Shown here: piece by piece, positions 8,360 through 17,541 of the stretch | How positions within the stretch are numbered: position 1 is the stretch's first letter | Layout of the letters: each line of letters starts with the position of its first letter | Assembly: GCA_964010765.1 (NCBI GenBank) | Contig: CAXGMD010000048.1 | Span: 1-27,467 of the forward strand | Reading direction: 5' to 3' | DNA from: an uncultured bacterium | GTDB taxonomy: Bacteria; SAR324; NAC60-12 | DNA: 27,467 bases | Program-made: the position numbers and the translations under genes | The notes under the pieces: generated by a model | The model's input: the letters and a program-made list of their open reading frames with translations, nothing else | What the model was told of the DNA's origin: nothing | Databases searched by the model: none

Positions 8360-8388
8360 AATATAACGTCTAACTCTTTTAATTGCAA
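8360..8388 (-). promoter_or_regulatory. Sigma70-type promoter for the phasin-like gene
   Basis: Minus strand TTGCAA (8388-8383), 17-nt spacer, TATATT (8365-8360), about 55 nt upstream of ATG 8305. Confidence 0.55.
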
Positions 8389-8445
8389 CTAAAATTGCAA
8401 AAGACGCTCAAAAAAATATCAGAACTTTATTGGAGGTACTACTGG

Positions 8446-9984
8446 ATGGTAATTAAGGAGGTCCGACTCATTCTTGGGGATCAGTTGTACGAGAGGCATA
8501 GCTGGTTTGAAAAGGTAAACCCTGAGGTTTTGTACCTGATGATGGAGGTACGCTCCGAAACCGATTACGTCTCGCATCATATTCAGAAAGTGATCGCTTT
8601 TTTTGCAGCGATGCGAGCGTTTTCGGCTCATCTTTCGGCAAAGGGACACCGGATTCTGTATCTTGGACTGGATGATCCAAGAAACCAGCAGTCCTTTGGT
8701 GAAAATCTGAAGTGGGTTCTGGAGGAAAATCCTGAGGCTGCTTGGGCTTATCAGTCACCTGATGAGTATCGTCTGGATCAATTATTTCTAGAGTTGAGTA
8801 GCCAACTCGGGGTGTCCTCGAGAAGCGTCGATAGCGAGCATTTTCTGTGTGAGCGAGAAGCGGTCAAGGATTTCTTTGTCGGCAAAAAGCAGTACTTGCT
8901 GGAGTCTTTCTATCGTCACTTGCGCAAGCAAACAGGACTATTGATGCAGGGCTCAAAACCATTAGGTGGCAAATGGAATTTTGATGCAGAGAATCGACAA
9001 AAGTATGATGGACAAGTCCCTCTTCCACCAACAGTGAAGTTAGCAAACCAGGTTGATGAACTTTTGGAGATGGTACGGAACGCAGGTGTACAGACGATTG
9101 GTTCGATCGACAACAATCAACTCGAGTGGCCTATTGATCGGGTGCAGAGTCTCAAATTACTCGAGCACTTCTGCAAGTATGGACTGCCTCATTTTGGAAG
9201 TTATCAAGATGCAATGACCGAGGACGACCCTTTCCTTTTTCACTCGAGGCTTTCCTTTGCCCTGAACGTGAAGATTCTGCATCCAAGGGAAGTGCTGAAT
9301 CGAGTGGTTCAAGAATGGGAGGACCGCCCAGATCAAATCAGCTTGGCTCAGGTAGAGGGCTTTGTTCGGCAAATCCTTGGCTGGCGCGAATATATCCGGG
9401 GAATCTATTGGGCTGAGATGCCGGCTTATTCGGAAAGTAATGAACTGGGGCACAAACTCTCCCTGCCATCCTGGTTCTGGAATGCGAAAACCAGAATGCG
9501 CTGCTTGTCACAGTCTATAGAGCAGTCTCTAGAGTATGCATATGCTCATCATATTCAACGATTGATGGTAACGGGTAATTTTGCGTTGTTGGCTGGAATT
9601 GCTCCAGCTGAGGTCGATCGGTGGTATTTGGGAATTTATATCGATGCAATTGAGTGGGTTGAGTTGCCCAATACGCGTGGAATGAGTCAATTTGCCGATG
9701 GAGGATTGCTGGCAACGAAACCATATGTCTCGTCTGCCAACTATCTGAGGAAAATGGGACACTATTGCGAGAAGTGTCCATATGACGCGAAATCCAGACA
9801 CGGTATGTTGGCTTGCCCCTTCAATAGTCTATATTGGGACTTCCATGACCGACATCGTGAAAAGCTGAGTCGAAATCCACGCATCGGCATGGTCTACCGG
9901 ACCTGGGACAAAATGAATTCAGACGAGCGAGCTGCCATCCGCAAGAGAGCTGTTTGGATTAAGGAACATCTGGAAGAACTGTGA
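8446..9984 (+). CDS. Cryptochrome/photolyase family protein, FeS-BCP type (prokaryotic (6-4) photolyase, CryB-like)
   Basis: LILGDQL, HHIQK...FFAAMR, GGKWNFDAENR, FHSRLS...LN, EGFVRQILGWREY, YAHHIQRLM; four Cys in MRCL, YCEKC, ACPFN. Start moved to ATG 8446 (GGAGG at 8432-8436). Confidence 0.92.
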   Translation: MVIKEVRLILGDQLYERHSWFEKVNPEVLYLMMEVRSETDYVSHHIQKVIAFFAAMRAFSAHLSAKGHRILYLGLDDPRNQQSFGENLKWVLEENPEAAWAYQSPDEYRLDQLFLELSSQLGVSSRSVDSEHFLCEREAVKDFFVGKKQYLLESFYRHLRKQTGLLMQGSKPLGGKWNFDAENRQKYDGQVPLPPTVKLANQVDELLEMVRNAGVQTIGSIDNNQLEWPIDRVQSLKLLEHFCKYGLPHFGSYQDAMTEDDPFLFHSRLSFALNVKILHPREVLNRVVQEWEDRPDQISLAQVEGFVRQILGWREYIRGIYWAEMPAYSESNELGHKLSLPSWFWNAKTRMRCLSQSIEQSLEYAYAHHIQRLMVTGNFALLAGIAPAEVDRWYLGIYIDAIEWVELPNTRGMSQFADGGLLATKPYVSSANYLRKMGHYCEKCPYDAKSRHGMLACPFNSLYWDFHDRHREKLSRNPRIGMVYRTWDKMNSDERAAIRKRAVWIKEHLEEL

Positions 9985-9994
9985 TTGCTTGACG

Positions 9995-11155
9995 TTAGAG
10001 TAACGAAGCAATGGCAAAGCCACCGGTGATCGTTCCAATTGTGCTTCCCAGGTTTGCAAAAACGACGACAAGAAGTACACGAGTGATCTTGTTACGCCAA
10101 AATCCTTTGAATTCCTGAACATCTGTCATCAAGCCTTCAAAATCACGAACCTGTGGTCGTCGAATGAGAACTTCTACTAGGCCAGCGACCCAGCCAGCGG
10201 CAACAGCAGGATTCAGTGAAGTAAACGGGGCTGCAATGAAGGCAGAACCAATAGTCAGGGGGTGGGCAAGCGCCAAGGCGGAACCAAGAGCAGCCAAACT
10301 ACCATTAATCCAGAACCAGCGTTCTATCATTTCCCAACTGACGCTGGTGTCCGCCATGATAAAGCCGTAGACGATCAAGCCGATAATCAATGCTGGAATT
10401 CCCCACTTGAGAATTGTTCCGAGTGATCCGGAAGGGGGAACTCGTTCCAACTCATTGAGATCATGTTCTTTGCCAAGTTCACGCTTGATTCCGGGTACAT
10501 GTCCGGCTCCGACAACTGCGACGATCTTAGGTCTGTCAGTTTGTCTGATTTTTTCAGCAAGATACTGGTCGCGCTCGTCAATCAAGGTCTCCTTCATCTC
10601 AGGAGCTTGAGCAGCCAAAGTTTCGAGGGCATCAGTCAGCACGTCACTTTGCTTCATGCGTTCAATATCTTCTTGCTGAATGGGATCGTCGACAAACATG
10701 CTGCCCATCAACTGGCCACTGAGTTTCCACTTTCGCCAAAAAGAGAGTCTTCGCCATGTGCGTTGTAGGGTCACTCGAACATCTCGATCCGCTAACACGA
10801 TTTTTGCTTCCAGATCTTCGGCAACACGGGCAGCTTCCACCATTTCAGCACCGGGCTCTACGCCTAATTGAGCACCAAGGCGTCGCTGGAATGCAGACAT
10901 CAGGAGATTTGCCAACAATAGCATTGCTTTGCCCTGTCGAATGACCTTGAAGAGATCCATTTCCTTCCAGCGATCTCCATAGCGGAGCGCTTCGTAGCGA
11001 GCAGCACAAAGTTCAATGCACACCGCATCGGGTTGCTCTTGTTCAATGACCCGACTGACTTCTTCTACACTCTCTCGTGAGATGTGGGCGGTTCCGACCA
11101 GCACGATCCGTTTCCCTTCGTGCTCGATCTCATGTACATTGGCCGAATATTCCAT
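9995..11155 (-). CDS. TraB/GumN (TraB/PrgY) family membrane protein
   Basis: LVGTAHIS, PDAVCIELC, PGAEM, LADRDV, LIDERD, VVGAGHVPGI, then C-terminal TM helices. ATG 11155 preferred over the upstream TTG at 11173. Confidence 0.88.
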   Translation of the reverse strand: MEYSANVHEIEHEGKRIVLVGTAHISRESVEEVSRVIEQEQPDAVCIELCAARYEALRYGDRWKEMDLFKVIRQGKAMLLLANLLMSAFQRRLGAQLGVEPGAEMVEAARVAEDLEAKIVLADRDVRVTLQRTWRRLSFWRKWKLSGQLMGSMFVDDPIQQEDIERMKQSDVLTDALETLAAQAPEMKETLIDERDQYLAEKIRQTDRPKIVAVVGAGHVPGIKRELGKEHDLNELERVPPSGSLGTILKWGIPALIIGLIVYGFIMADTSVSWEMIERWFWINGSLAALGSALALAHPLTIGSAFIAAPFTSLNPAVAAGWVAGLVEVLIRRPQVRDFEGLMTDVQEFKGFWRNKITRVLLVVVFANLGSTIGTITGGFAIASLL

Positions 11156-11255
11156 GCTCAGCGTCCTAGGCAAGAGTTGAGAAAAATTACTTAAATTAGC
11201 CCAAGCTTTCTACATTTCCAATTTATTTGATAGGATTTCTACAGAAGGGAAACAA

Positions 11256-12974
11256 ATGTTTCTGCCTTTCCTACCATTGATTCTTGCTTCGTTAGGGTTG
11301 TCATTACTGGTATTGCCGATGCTACCCGAAGAAGCGGTCATCTCTCTCGAACCAATCGAAACCTTGATTCTGCTCCTGATCAACAGTCTGTTGCTTGGGC
11401 AGTTGCAGTCTCAATCAAACAGATTTTGGATTCAAGCGTTCCCAAGATGGGCAGTTGCTGGACTTTGGGCCGGATTGAGTTGGGCCACCCGGTTGCCTGT
11501 TGAATTGGCTACGTACTGGGAAAATGTGAGGATGGATCAAGCCACAGTCGTTTTCCTCTTGGTATTGGTCTATTGGATAGCCGATAGTCTCGCGGCTCAT
11601 CCATGGAGGAAAGATGGTCAAAAGTGGTTGAAGACGATCCAGACGCTACGCCTGCAACTTCCTTTGATTTTGATTACAGGCCTGCACTTAGGGCTCACTC
11701 TACTGCTCGATAAGACTATCCCTGATGAAGCCGTCAGCAACCAAGTGCTTGTTGAGTTGGGATTGAGTGTTTTGATTTTGTTGGGTGCTGCCCCCTGGTT
11801 TGTGGTGTTGAGTTGGGGAGTACAACCGGTGGCCTCAGAAGTTAGAAATGAGATCGCTGCTGAACTGAAAGCCAACCGAACTTCTGTACAAGGTGTGTTT
11901 TGTTGGCCCGGACACATCACTCAGACGGCGACCGCGGGAGTGATTGGGATTCTTCCTTGGGCTCGCTTTCTACTGGTCAGCCCGCAACTGCTGGACCATT
12001 TGAATTCTCAGGAATTACGTGCAGTCGTAGCCCATGAAGCTGGGCATCTCCGGCGCTGGCATCTTTTCTTCTATGCACTTGCGTTCCTTGGTTTTGTAGA
12101 ATTGCTTTTTCTGATTCTCGTTGGGGTGGAGTTTACCCAGTGGATCACAGGCTTTACAACGCCGGACTGGTTACAGGGATTTTTGCTGGTAGGGCTTCTG
12201 GGCTTATTTCTTCGGGGAGGAATTGGGTTTCTGAGCAGAAATTTTGAGCGTCAAGCTGATTGCAATGCCTTTTTGAGATGTGGTTGGGAGCCTTTCGCCA
12301 CCGCTCTGACTAAAGTTGGCTACCTGAACCGAATTGCCCTGCATCAAGACAACTGGCATCACTATGGGATTCAGCAGCGATTGGAATTTCTAAAACTCTG
12401 TGAAGAACAACCAGAGAGAGTTTCAAAGCACGACCAAAGAGTGAGAACAATCCAAGGTGGCTGTCTGCTACTCTTTGGTTTGTTACTCTCTGCAAGCGTT
12501 TATAGTAATTCACAGCATGCCGAAGAGAGCCTGATTTTTTGGCGATTGGAAAACATTGTATCGGAAACAACGCCCGCAGATGTAGGGTTGTTGATTCAGG
12601 CAGCCAATACATTCTATGAAAAATCAGAGTTTGAACGCGCCGAAGAACTCTATCGACAAGCGTTAGTTTGGGAACCTGAAAACCCAAGGGCACTTAATAA
12701 CTTGGCTTGGCTCTTAACACAGCATTTTGCAGAGCAACCCCTAAAAGTGCGAGAGAGTGTAGCACTTGCAGAGCGTGCAGTGGCATTGGAGCCGGCTGCC
12801 TATATTTTGGATACCCTTGCAGAAAGCTATGCTCTTCAGGGACGCTGGCAAGAAGCAGCAGATACAGCCAAAACTGCCCTAGAACGAGCTGAATCTGACA
12901 TCCGTAATGTGGATCACATGGGCCTCCGCTACTACCAAGACCGCATGGAACATTTCCAGCACACTCGCCCCTGA
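11256..12974 (+). CDS. M48 family membrane zinc metalloprotease with C-terminal TPR repeats
   Basis: N-terminal TM bundle, ELRAVVAHEAGH (HExxH), NFERQAD third-ligand motif, WHHYGIQQR, TPR-type segments AEELYRQAL...ALNNLAWLL and ILDTLAESY. RBS GAAGGGA. Confidence 0.88.
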   Translation: MFLPFLPLILASLGLSLLVLPMLPEEAVISLEPIETLILLLINSLLLGQLQSQSNRFWIQAFPRWAVAGLWAGLSWATRLPVELATYWENVRMDQATVVFLLVLVYWIADSLAAHPWRKDGQKWLKTIQTLRLQLPLILITGLHLGLTLLLDKTIPDEAVSNQVLVELGLSVLILLGAAPWFVVLSWGVQPVASEVRNEIAAELKANRTSVQGVFCWPGHITQTATAGVIGILPWARFLLVSPQLLDHLNSQELRAVVAHEAGHLRRWHLFFYALAFLGFVELLFLILVGVEFTQWITGFTTPDWLQGFLLVGLLGLFLRGGIGFLSRNFERQADCNAFLRCGWEPFATALTKVGYLNRIALHQDNWHHYGIQQRLEFLKLCEEQPERVSKHDQRVRTIQGGCLLLFGLLLSASVYSNSQHAEESLIFWRLENIVSETTPADVGLLIQAANTFYEKSEFERAEELYRQALVWEPENPRALNNLAWLLTQHFAEQPLKVRESVALAERAVALEPAAYILDTLAESYALQGRWQEAADTAKTALERAESDIRNVDHMGLRYYQDRMEHFQHTRP

Positions 12975-12988
12975 GTTTTTTTCTCGGC

Positions 12989-13015
12989 AAATCCCTCCTG
13001 CCGTTCGGGATTTTT
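12989..13015 (+). terminator. Possible weak terminator or attenuator hairpin after the M48 gene
   Basis: AAATCCC (12989-12995) pairs with GGGATTT (13007-13013), 11-nt loop, ending in T5. An alternative CGGCA/TGCCG pairing overlaps it. Confidence 0.3.
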
Positions 13016-13054
13016 CCCAATATTTCAGCCAACTGACTCACTAGAGAACAGACC

Positions 13055-16000
13055 TTGCGTTGGGTGCAAAGAATTCTTTGGGTGGTCTTCATCCTGAATC
13101 TGCTTGGACTGGCTGGGCTGACTGTCCTCTATTTTGGAGGACCTGGCTGGTTACAGGAGCAGTTGCCAAGAGCACTTGAGAAGCAGTTAGGACGTCCAGT
13201 CCAACTCACACAGGTGCGAGTGGAGCCCCTTTCCCTCAAATTGATCCTGCAGGGTTTGGAAATCCGTGAGGCTGATGGTTCAGAATCTTTTGTTTCTCTT
13301 GAAGAAATTGGGATTGATCTGAGTTGGAATAGCTTCTGGCAATGGGCCTTGGTGGTTGAAGAGGTTGAGTTGATTTCTCCCTACCTCCGCGTCTCTTATC
13401 TCGGAGAACAGCGCCTCAATTTTTCCGACCTGATTGAGAAAATTGCAACCCCCGAAACAAATCTAAAATCTTCCGTTCAAGAGGAAGCTAAGTTCCCTTT
13501 TGAAATTAGGACAATCGCAGTTCGGCAGGGGAAACTGCGATTTGAAGACGTGCCCCACGATCAGACCTACAATATTTCTGGACTGAATTTTCGCCTCCCA
13601 GCAATCTCTTCATTTCAGCTTCAACCAGCCCAGGCTTCTGGTCCAGCAACTCTAGTTGCTCAGCTAGGAGAAACTAGCCTGAGGGTGGTTACGCAAGAAT
13701 TCACCATTGCTCCCACAGAGACCGTTCGTCTCGACGTTCAGTTGAAAAATCTTTATCTGCCGGATTTTCAGCAGTATCTTCCAAAAGAGTGGGCACTCCA
13801 ACTTCAGGATGGGTTGGTTGACGCAGAGCTCAAATTAGGATTTCAGGCTGAACCTTTTGAGCAGTTTGCACTCAGCGGATCTGTTCAGCTCCAAAGACTC
13901 AGTCTTCAGAACAGTCTTCCTGGGGAGGCTTCTAAACGGTTGCTGGAAATCAGCTATCTGCAGGTTCCAATTCCCAGGATTCAGGTATTGCCGAGCCTTC
14001 AGGTAGCTTTAGGGCAGGTCGAATTGCGCGAATTTGAAGCTTGGTTAACACGAACGGAGAATGGGGCTTTCTTCTGGGATCAGATTCTTAAATCAACATC
14101 TGGAAATACGGTTGAGGAAAGTTCAGATACTGAGCAATTATCAGTAGAGTTGGGAGGGCTCCACATCTCAAAAGGGAAGCTTCACTTTATTGATCAAAAA
14201 AGCCAGCCCGCAAAGCCTCAAGAATGGCAGTTGGATCGATTTTCAGTGGGTGAACTGACGCTACCTGTTTCATCCAGAAAAACGCCTCTGAGTCTGAAGT
14301 TAGCTCGGGAAGGGGGCCCTAGTCTTTCGTTTGCGGGGTCTTTCAATCCAAGTAACCTAAGTAGTCAGGGACGATTAGATTTGAGGGAATTTGAACTCGC
14401 TGAACTCACACCGTTTCTTGAAGATGTGCTACCCGTTGAAATGAAAGGAAGTTTAGATCTGAAAACAGATTTTGAGTGGGATCCGGCGGCCCAACTTCCC
14501 AGACTGGAGAAGACCTCACTGCAGTTGAAAGGTTTTCAGTTGGATCGAGGTCAAGAAACATGGCTACAGCTTGCTAGCTTGGGATTAACCAGTGACGAAT
14601 TGAATCTGCCGGCAAAACAAATTTCGATAAGATCTCTCTCCTTGAAACAACCCCAAATTCTATTATCTCTCGATGAGGACTGGACCACTAATTGGAATCA
14701 ACTGGTTCCCTCATCAGCCCCAAAGAATCCAAAGGAGAGTGATCAGAAAACAGCATGGCAGGTTCAACTCAATCAACTACAGGTTGATGGCGGGGCTCTG
14801 AACCTAATTCATCAGCGAGAGAGCAGAGAAGAAGTCAAAAAACTGCTGCGAATCCCTGTGCTGGAGATGAACGATTTTAGTTGGCCACTGGCTGGAGAAA
14901 GTCGAACAAGGCTCAAATTAACGACTCTTGAGCAGGAAGAGTTTTCACTGGATGGTATTGCAAGCTGGGGTGAGCAAACTTGGAAAGGTGCACTCAAGGC
15001 GAATCTAAAATTACTACCTTGGGAAAGTTACTTTCGTGATCAACTGCCTTGGCAACTCAACTCTGGTCGCATGAGCACCGCTGTGCAATTGCAACTCAAT
15101 TGGAGTCCTTTCCGTTTGCGGGTGGACGGAGGTAAGCTTCATCTTTGGGATCTGGAACTTGTTGAAGCCCAGGAAGCCTTACCAGACCTCAAATTCGCAG
15201 AGCTTTCTGTGAGTGGAGCAGTTGTCGAGTGGCCAAAGCAATGGTTTGAATTCGAGTCTCTGAATCTCCGTCAATTATCTCTTAAACAAGCAAACTCTTC
15301 TGTTCCTGATCTGACCTTGGGGGGATTGGCTAGTGGAGGTCTGTCGTTAGCAGTTAAGGACCTGAGCCTCAATCTGGGAGCATTTCAATTTCAAAATTTG
15401 AAAATTCCTGGGGATTCCTTGAAATCGCCAAGTCTGGATCTAGAACAATTAACAGCTCAGGGACTAGATTTGCCATGGGGGAAGCAGCAGGCGAAACTGT
15501 CGAAACTGGATCTACAGCAGTTCCAGGTGACCCCTACAGATGCAGGACAACCAGAACTCTGGCTACCTAAAGCAGTGGCTGTGGAATGGGATCTAGATTG
15601 GTTCAAAAAGGAACTTCTTCTCGAAAGCGTTTCTATAGATGAAGGCTGGATTGAACTCGCCTTGTTACCTGATGGTCAATTCAATTGGGAACGATGGCTA
15701 CCAACTTCAACCAACCAAGATGGAATAACTGAATCTAGCGATGATAATCCATGGAAGGTGGAACTTGCCAACCTAGAGGCCACCCTAGATCGCTTGAGTT
15801 GGCAAGATCTTGAGACTCCAACGCCACCGTTGGTGATTAGCAACGGATCCCTGCAGGTCAAAAACCTGAATACTGATCGGCAGTGGATCGAGAATTTTAC
15901 TCTACAGGGAAAGCTGGATGAGATTGGAAAGGGGTCTGTTACCGGTTCGATTCGCTTTGACAAGGATCTGAGTCTCGATGTGGATCTAATAGATTTTGAT

Positions 16001-17533
16001 CTACTAACCTGGCAACCCTACTGGATTGAATATGTGCCACTGAAAGCTACACAAGCTCTCGGCACCCTTCAGGGCCGATTTTACTACAAATTTGATCTTG
16101 TAGGAGAGTGGCTGCGGTTTGATGGTCTTGCTCGTATTCGAGATGCAAGGTTGATTTCCAAGGAAACTGGTCAAATCATGGGTCAGTGGGACGTGCTTGA
16201 AACCGAGAATGGACTGCTAGAGTTGGATCCTTTTGTCTTGGACCTAGGATCTATGCGATTGACAGATTTTGAATTGCCAATCCGGAGGCAAACTGATGGA
16301 GAGTTGGAATGGATGACACTCTTTGATAGTGAGGAAGATGAGGAAGATTCTAATCTGGAGCCAGGCCCTGTTTTCCTGAAAAAACTATCTCTGGAGAAAG
16401 GAAATCTTAGCTGGGATGATGCAAGTAATTCCAAGCCGGTTCTGATCACGCTGCAAAACCTCAAAGGCGGTATTCAAAACATTCTGGGATTAAATGTTCC
16501 TTTGGAACTGGATTTAAAAGGACGTTGGGAAGGAGTCGCTCCCCTCGAGGCGAAGCTTGCGCTTGATTGGCACCGGAATTCTTGGGGTATCAATGGCAAG
16601 CTATATTCACAAGATTTTGATCTTCTTTGGGTTAATCCATACGCAGAGCGCTATCTTGGCTATCGTTTTGACCGAGGAAGTGTGGACTTATCTGTTGATT
16701 ACAAAACGGCTGGAGAGGAAATTGAGGTTGAGAACAATCTCCTCATTCAAAGACTTGTGCTGGGACCTGAAACTCCGGGACCACACTCCCTGGACCTCCC
16801 AGTGGAGTTAGCAGTCGGATTACTTCGAGACCCGCAAGGCACCATTGATCTTTCTGTACCTGTTAGCGGGAACCTCGAAGATCCAGAGTTCGGACTCTGG
16901 GATGCTACACTGACCGTTTTTGTTACTCTGATCAGTAAGGCTGTTACCGCCCCATTCACGCTAATTGCTGATGCTGTTTTTGATGGGGATTTGGACGAGA
17001 ACACCCAGATCATCCGGTTCCGACCAGGAAGTCTGGAAATCCCAGCTGCAGAAAAAACAAAACTGGATCAACTGAGAGATGTGTTGAAGGAACGACCCCA
17101 GCTGAAAATGGAATTGGTGACACTATTACGTCGTGAAACAGAGATCGCAGCCTTACGAGAGCAGGAACTGGATCGACAAATTCACCGTGAGAAAATTGCA
17201 GAACTCATTCGTTTGAATGTCGAAGATTCGATCTCAGCACAAATGACACTTACTGCAGATGAGCAGCAAAACTACTTAAATCAAATGTTTCAACGAACCT
17301 ACGGTAGCCCTCAGGGTCTCAGTAAAGAAGAGGTTCGGTTGAAACTACTGGATGAGATTCATATCGAGGGTCGGGACTTGGAAGAGCTAGCAGAACAGCG
17401 AGCTTACAATATTCGAAATCTGTTGCTTGAGGAAGGATTACTGGCAGCTGAACAGATCAAGTTGAACCCAGTTTTCGAAACAACCACATCACGCTTTCAA
17501 TCCAGTAGAGTGGAGTTGAGGTTCACCCGTTGA
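13055..17533 (+). CDS. DUF748 domain protein (AsmA-like, beta-rich periplasmic protein) with N-terminal membrane anchor and OmpA-like C-terminal region
   Basis: N-terminal TM helix, LEKQLGRPVQL...VEPLSL, five repeated beta-rich modules, YAERYLGY.F.RG, LDLPVELAVGLLRDPQG.IDLSVPVSGNLEDPEF, KAVTAPF, IRFRPGS...LKERPQL, SRVELRF. TTG start. Confidence 0.85.
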   Translation: MRWVQRILWVVFILNLLGLAGLTVLYFGGPGWLQEQLPRALEKQLGRPVQLTQVRVEPLSLKLILQGLEIREADGSESFVSLEEIGIDLSWNSFWQWALVVEEVELISPYLRVSYLGEQRLNFSDLIEKIATPETNLKSSVQEEAKFPFEIRTIAVRQGKLRFEDVPHDQTYNISGLNFRLPAISSFQLQPAQASGPATLVAQLGETSLRVVTQEFTIAPTETVRLDVQLKNLYLPDFQQYLPKEWALQLQDGLVDAELKLGFQAEPFEQFALSGSVQLQRLSLQNSLPGEASKRLLEISYLQVPIPRIQVLPSLQVALGQVELREFEAWLTRTENGAFFWDQILKSTSGNTVEESSDTEQLSVELGGLHISKGKLHFIDQKSQPAKPQEWQLDRFSVGELTLPVSSRKTPLSLKLAREGGPSLSFAGSFNPSNLSSQGRLDLREFELAELTPFLEDVLPVEMKGSLDLKTDFEWDPAAQLPRLEKTSLQLKGFQLDRGQETWLQLASLGLTSDELNLPAKQISIRSLSLKQPQILLSLDEDWTTNWNQLVPSSAPKNPKESDQKTAWQVQLNQLQVDGGALNLIHQRESREEVKKLLRIPVLEMNDFSWPLAGESRTRLKLTTLEQEEFSLDGIASWGEQTWKGALKANLKLLPWESYFRDQLPWQLNSGRMSTAVQLQLNWSPFRLRVDGGKLHLWDLELVEAQEALPDLKFAELSVSGAVVEWPKQWFEFESLNLRQLSLKQANSSVPDLTLGGLASGGLSLAVKDLSLNLGAFQFQNLKIPGDSLKSPSLDLEQLTAQGLDLPWGKQQAKLSKLDLQQFQVTPTDAGQPELWLPKAVAVEWDLDWFKKELLLESVSIDEGWIELALLPDGQFNWERWLPTSTNQDGITESSDDNPWKVELANLEATLDRLSWQDLETPTPPLVISNGSLQVKNLNTDRQWIENFTLQGKLDEIGKGSVTGSIRFDKDLSLDVDLIDFDLLTWQPYWIEYVPLKATQALGTLQGRFYYKFDLVGEWLRFDGLARIRDARLISKETGQIMGQWDVLETENGLLELDPFVLDLGSMRLTDFELPIRRQTDGELEWMTLFDSEEDEEDSNLEPGPVFLKKLSLEKGNLSWDDASNSKPVLITLQNLKGGIQNILGLNVPLELDLKGRWEGVAPLEAKLALDWHRNSWGINGKLYSQDFDLLWVNPYAERYLGYRFDRGSVDLSVDYKTAGEEIEVENNLLIQRLVLGPETPGPHSLDLPVELAVGLLRDPQGTIDLSVPVSGNLEDPEFGLWDATLTVFVTLISKAVTAPFTLIADAVFDGDLDENTQIIRFRPGSLEIPAAEKTKLDQLRDVLKERPQLKMELVTLLRRETEIAALREQELDRQIHREKIAELIRLNVEDSISAQMTLTADEQQNYLNQMFQRTYGSPQGLSKEEVRLKLLDEIHIEGRDLEELAEQRAYNIRNLLLEEGLLAAEQIKLNPVFETTTSRFQSSRVELRFTR
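15182..15673 (+). repeat. Four in-frame tandem 123-bp (41-aa) diverged repeats within the DUF748 gene
   Basis: Units begin at 15182, 15305, 15428 and 15551 with PDLKF, PDLTL, PSLDL, PELWL; aligned Gly, W..K and alternating hydrophobic residues. Visible mainly at protein level. Confidence 0.75.
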
Positions 17534-17541
17534 AAACAAAA

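Noticed and set aside
8306..8445. Longer N-termini from the ORF track for the 114-aa and 533-aa ORFs
   Set aside because: Clear SD sequences precede ATG 8305 and ATG 8446; the extensions run through the AT-rich promoter region.
9995..11155. TraB as evidence of a conjugative element
   Set aside because: This is the TraB/PrgY/GumN family, commonly chromosomal; no relaxase, T4SS or integrase is present.
11207..11243. Direct repeat TTTCTACA twice in the TraB/M48 spacer
   Set aside because: Only two 8-mers in AT-rich DNA, with no further support.
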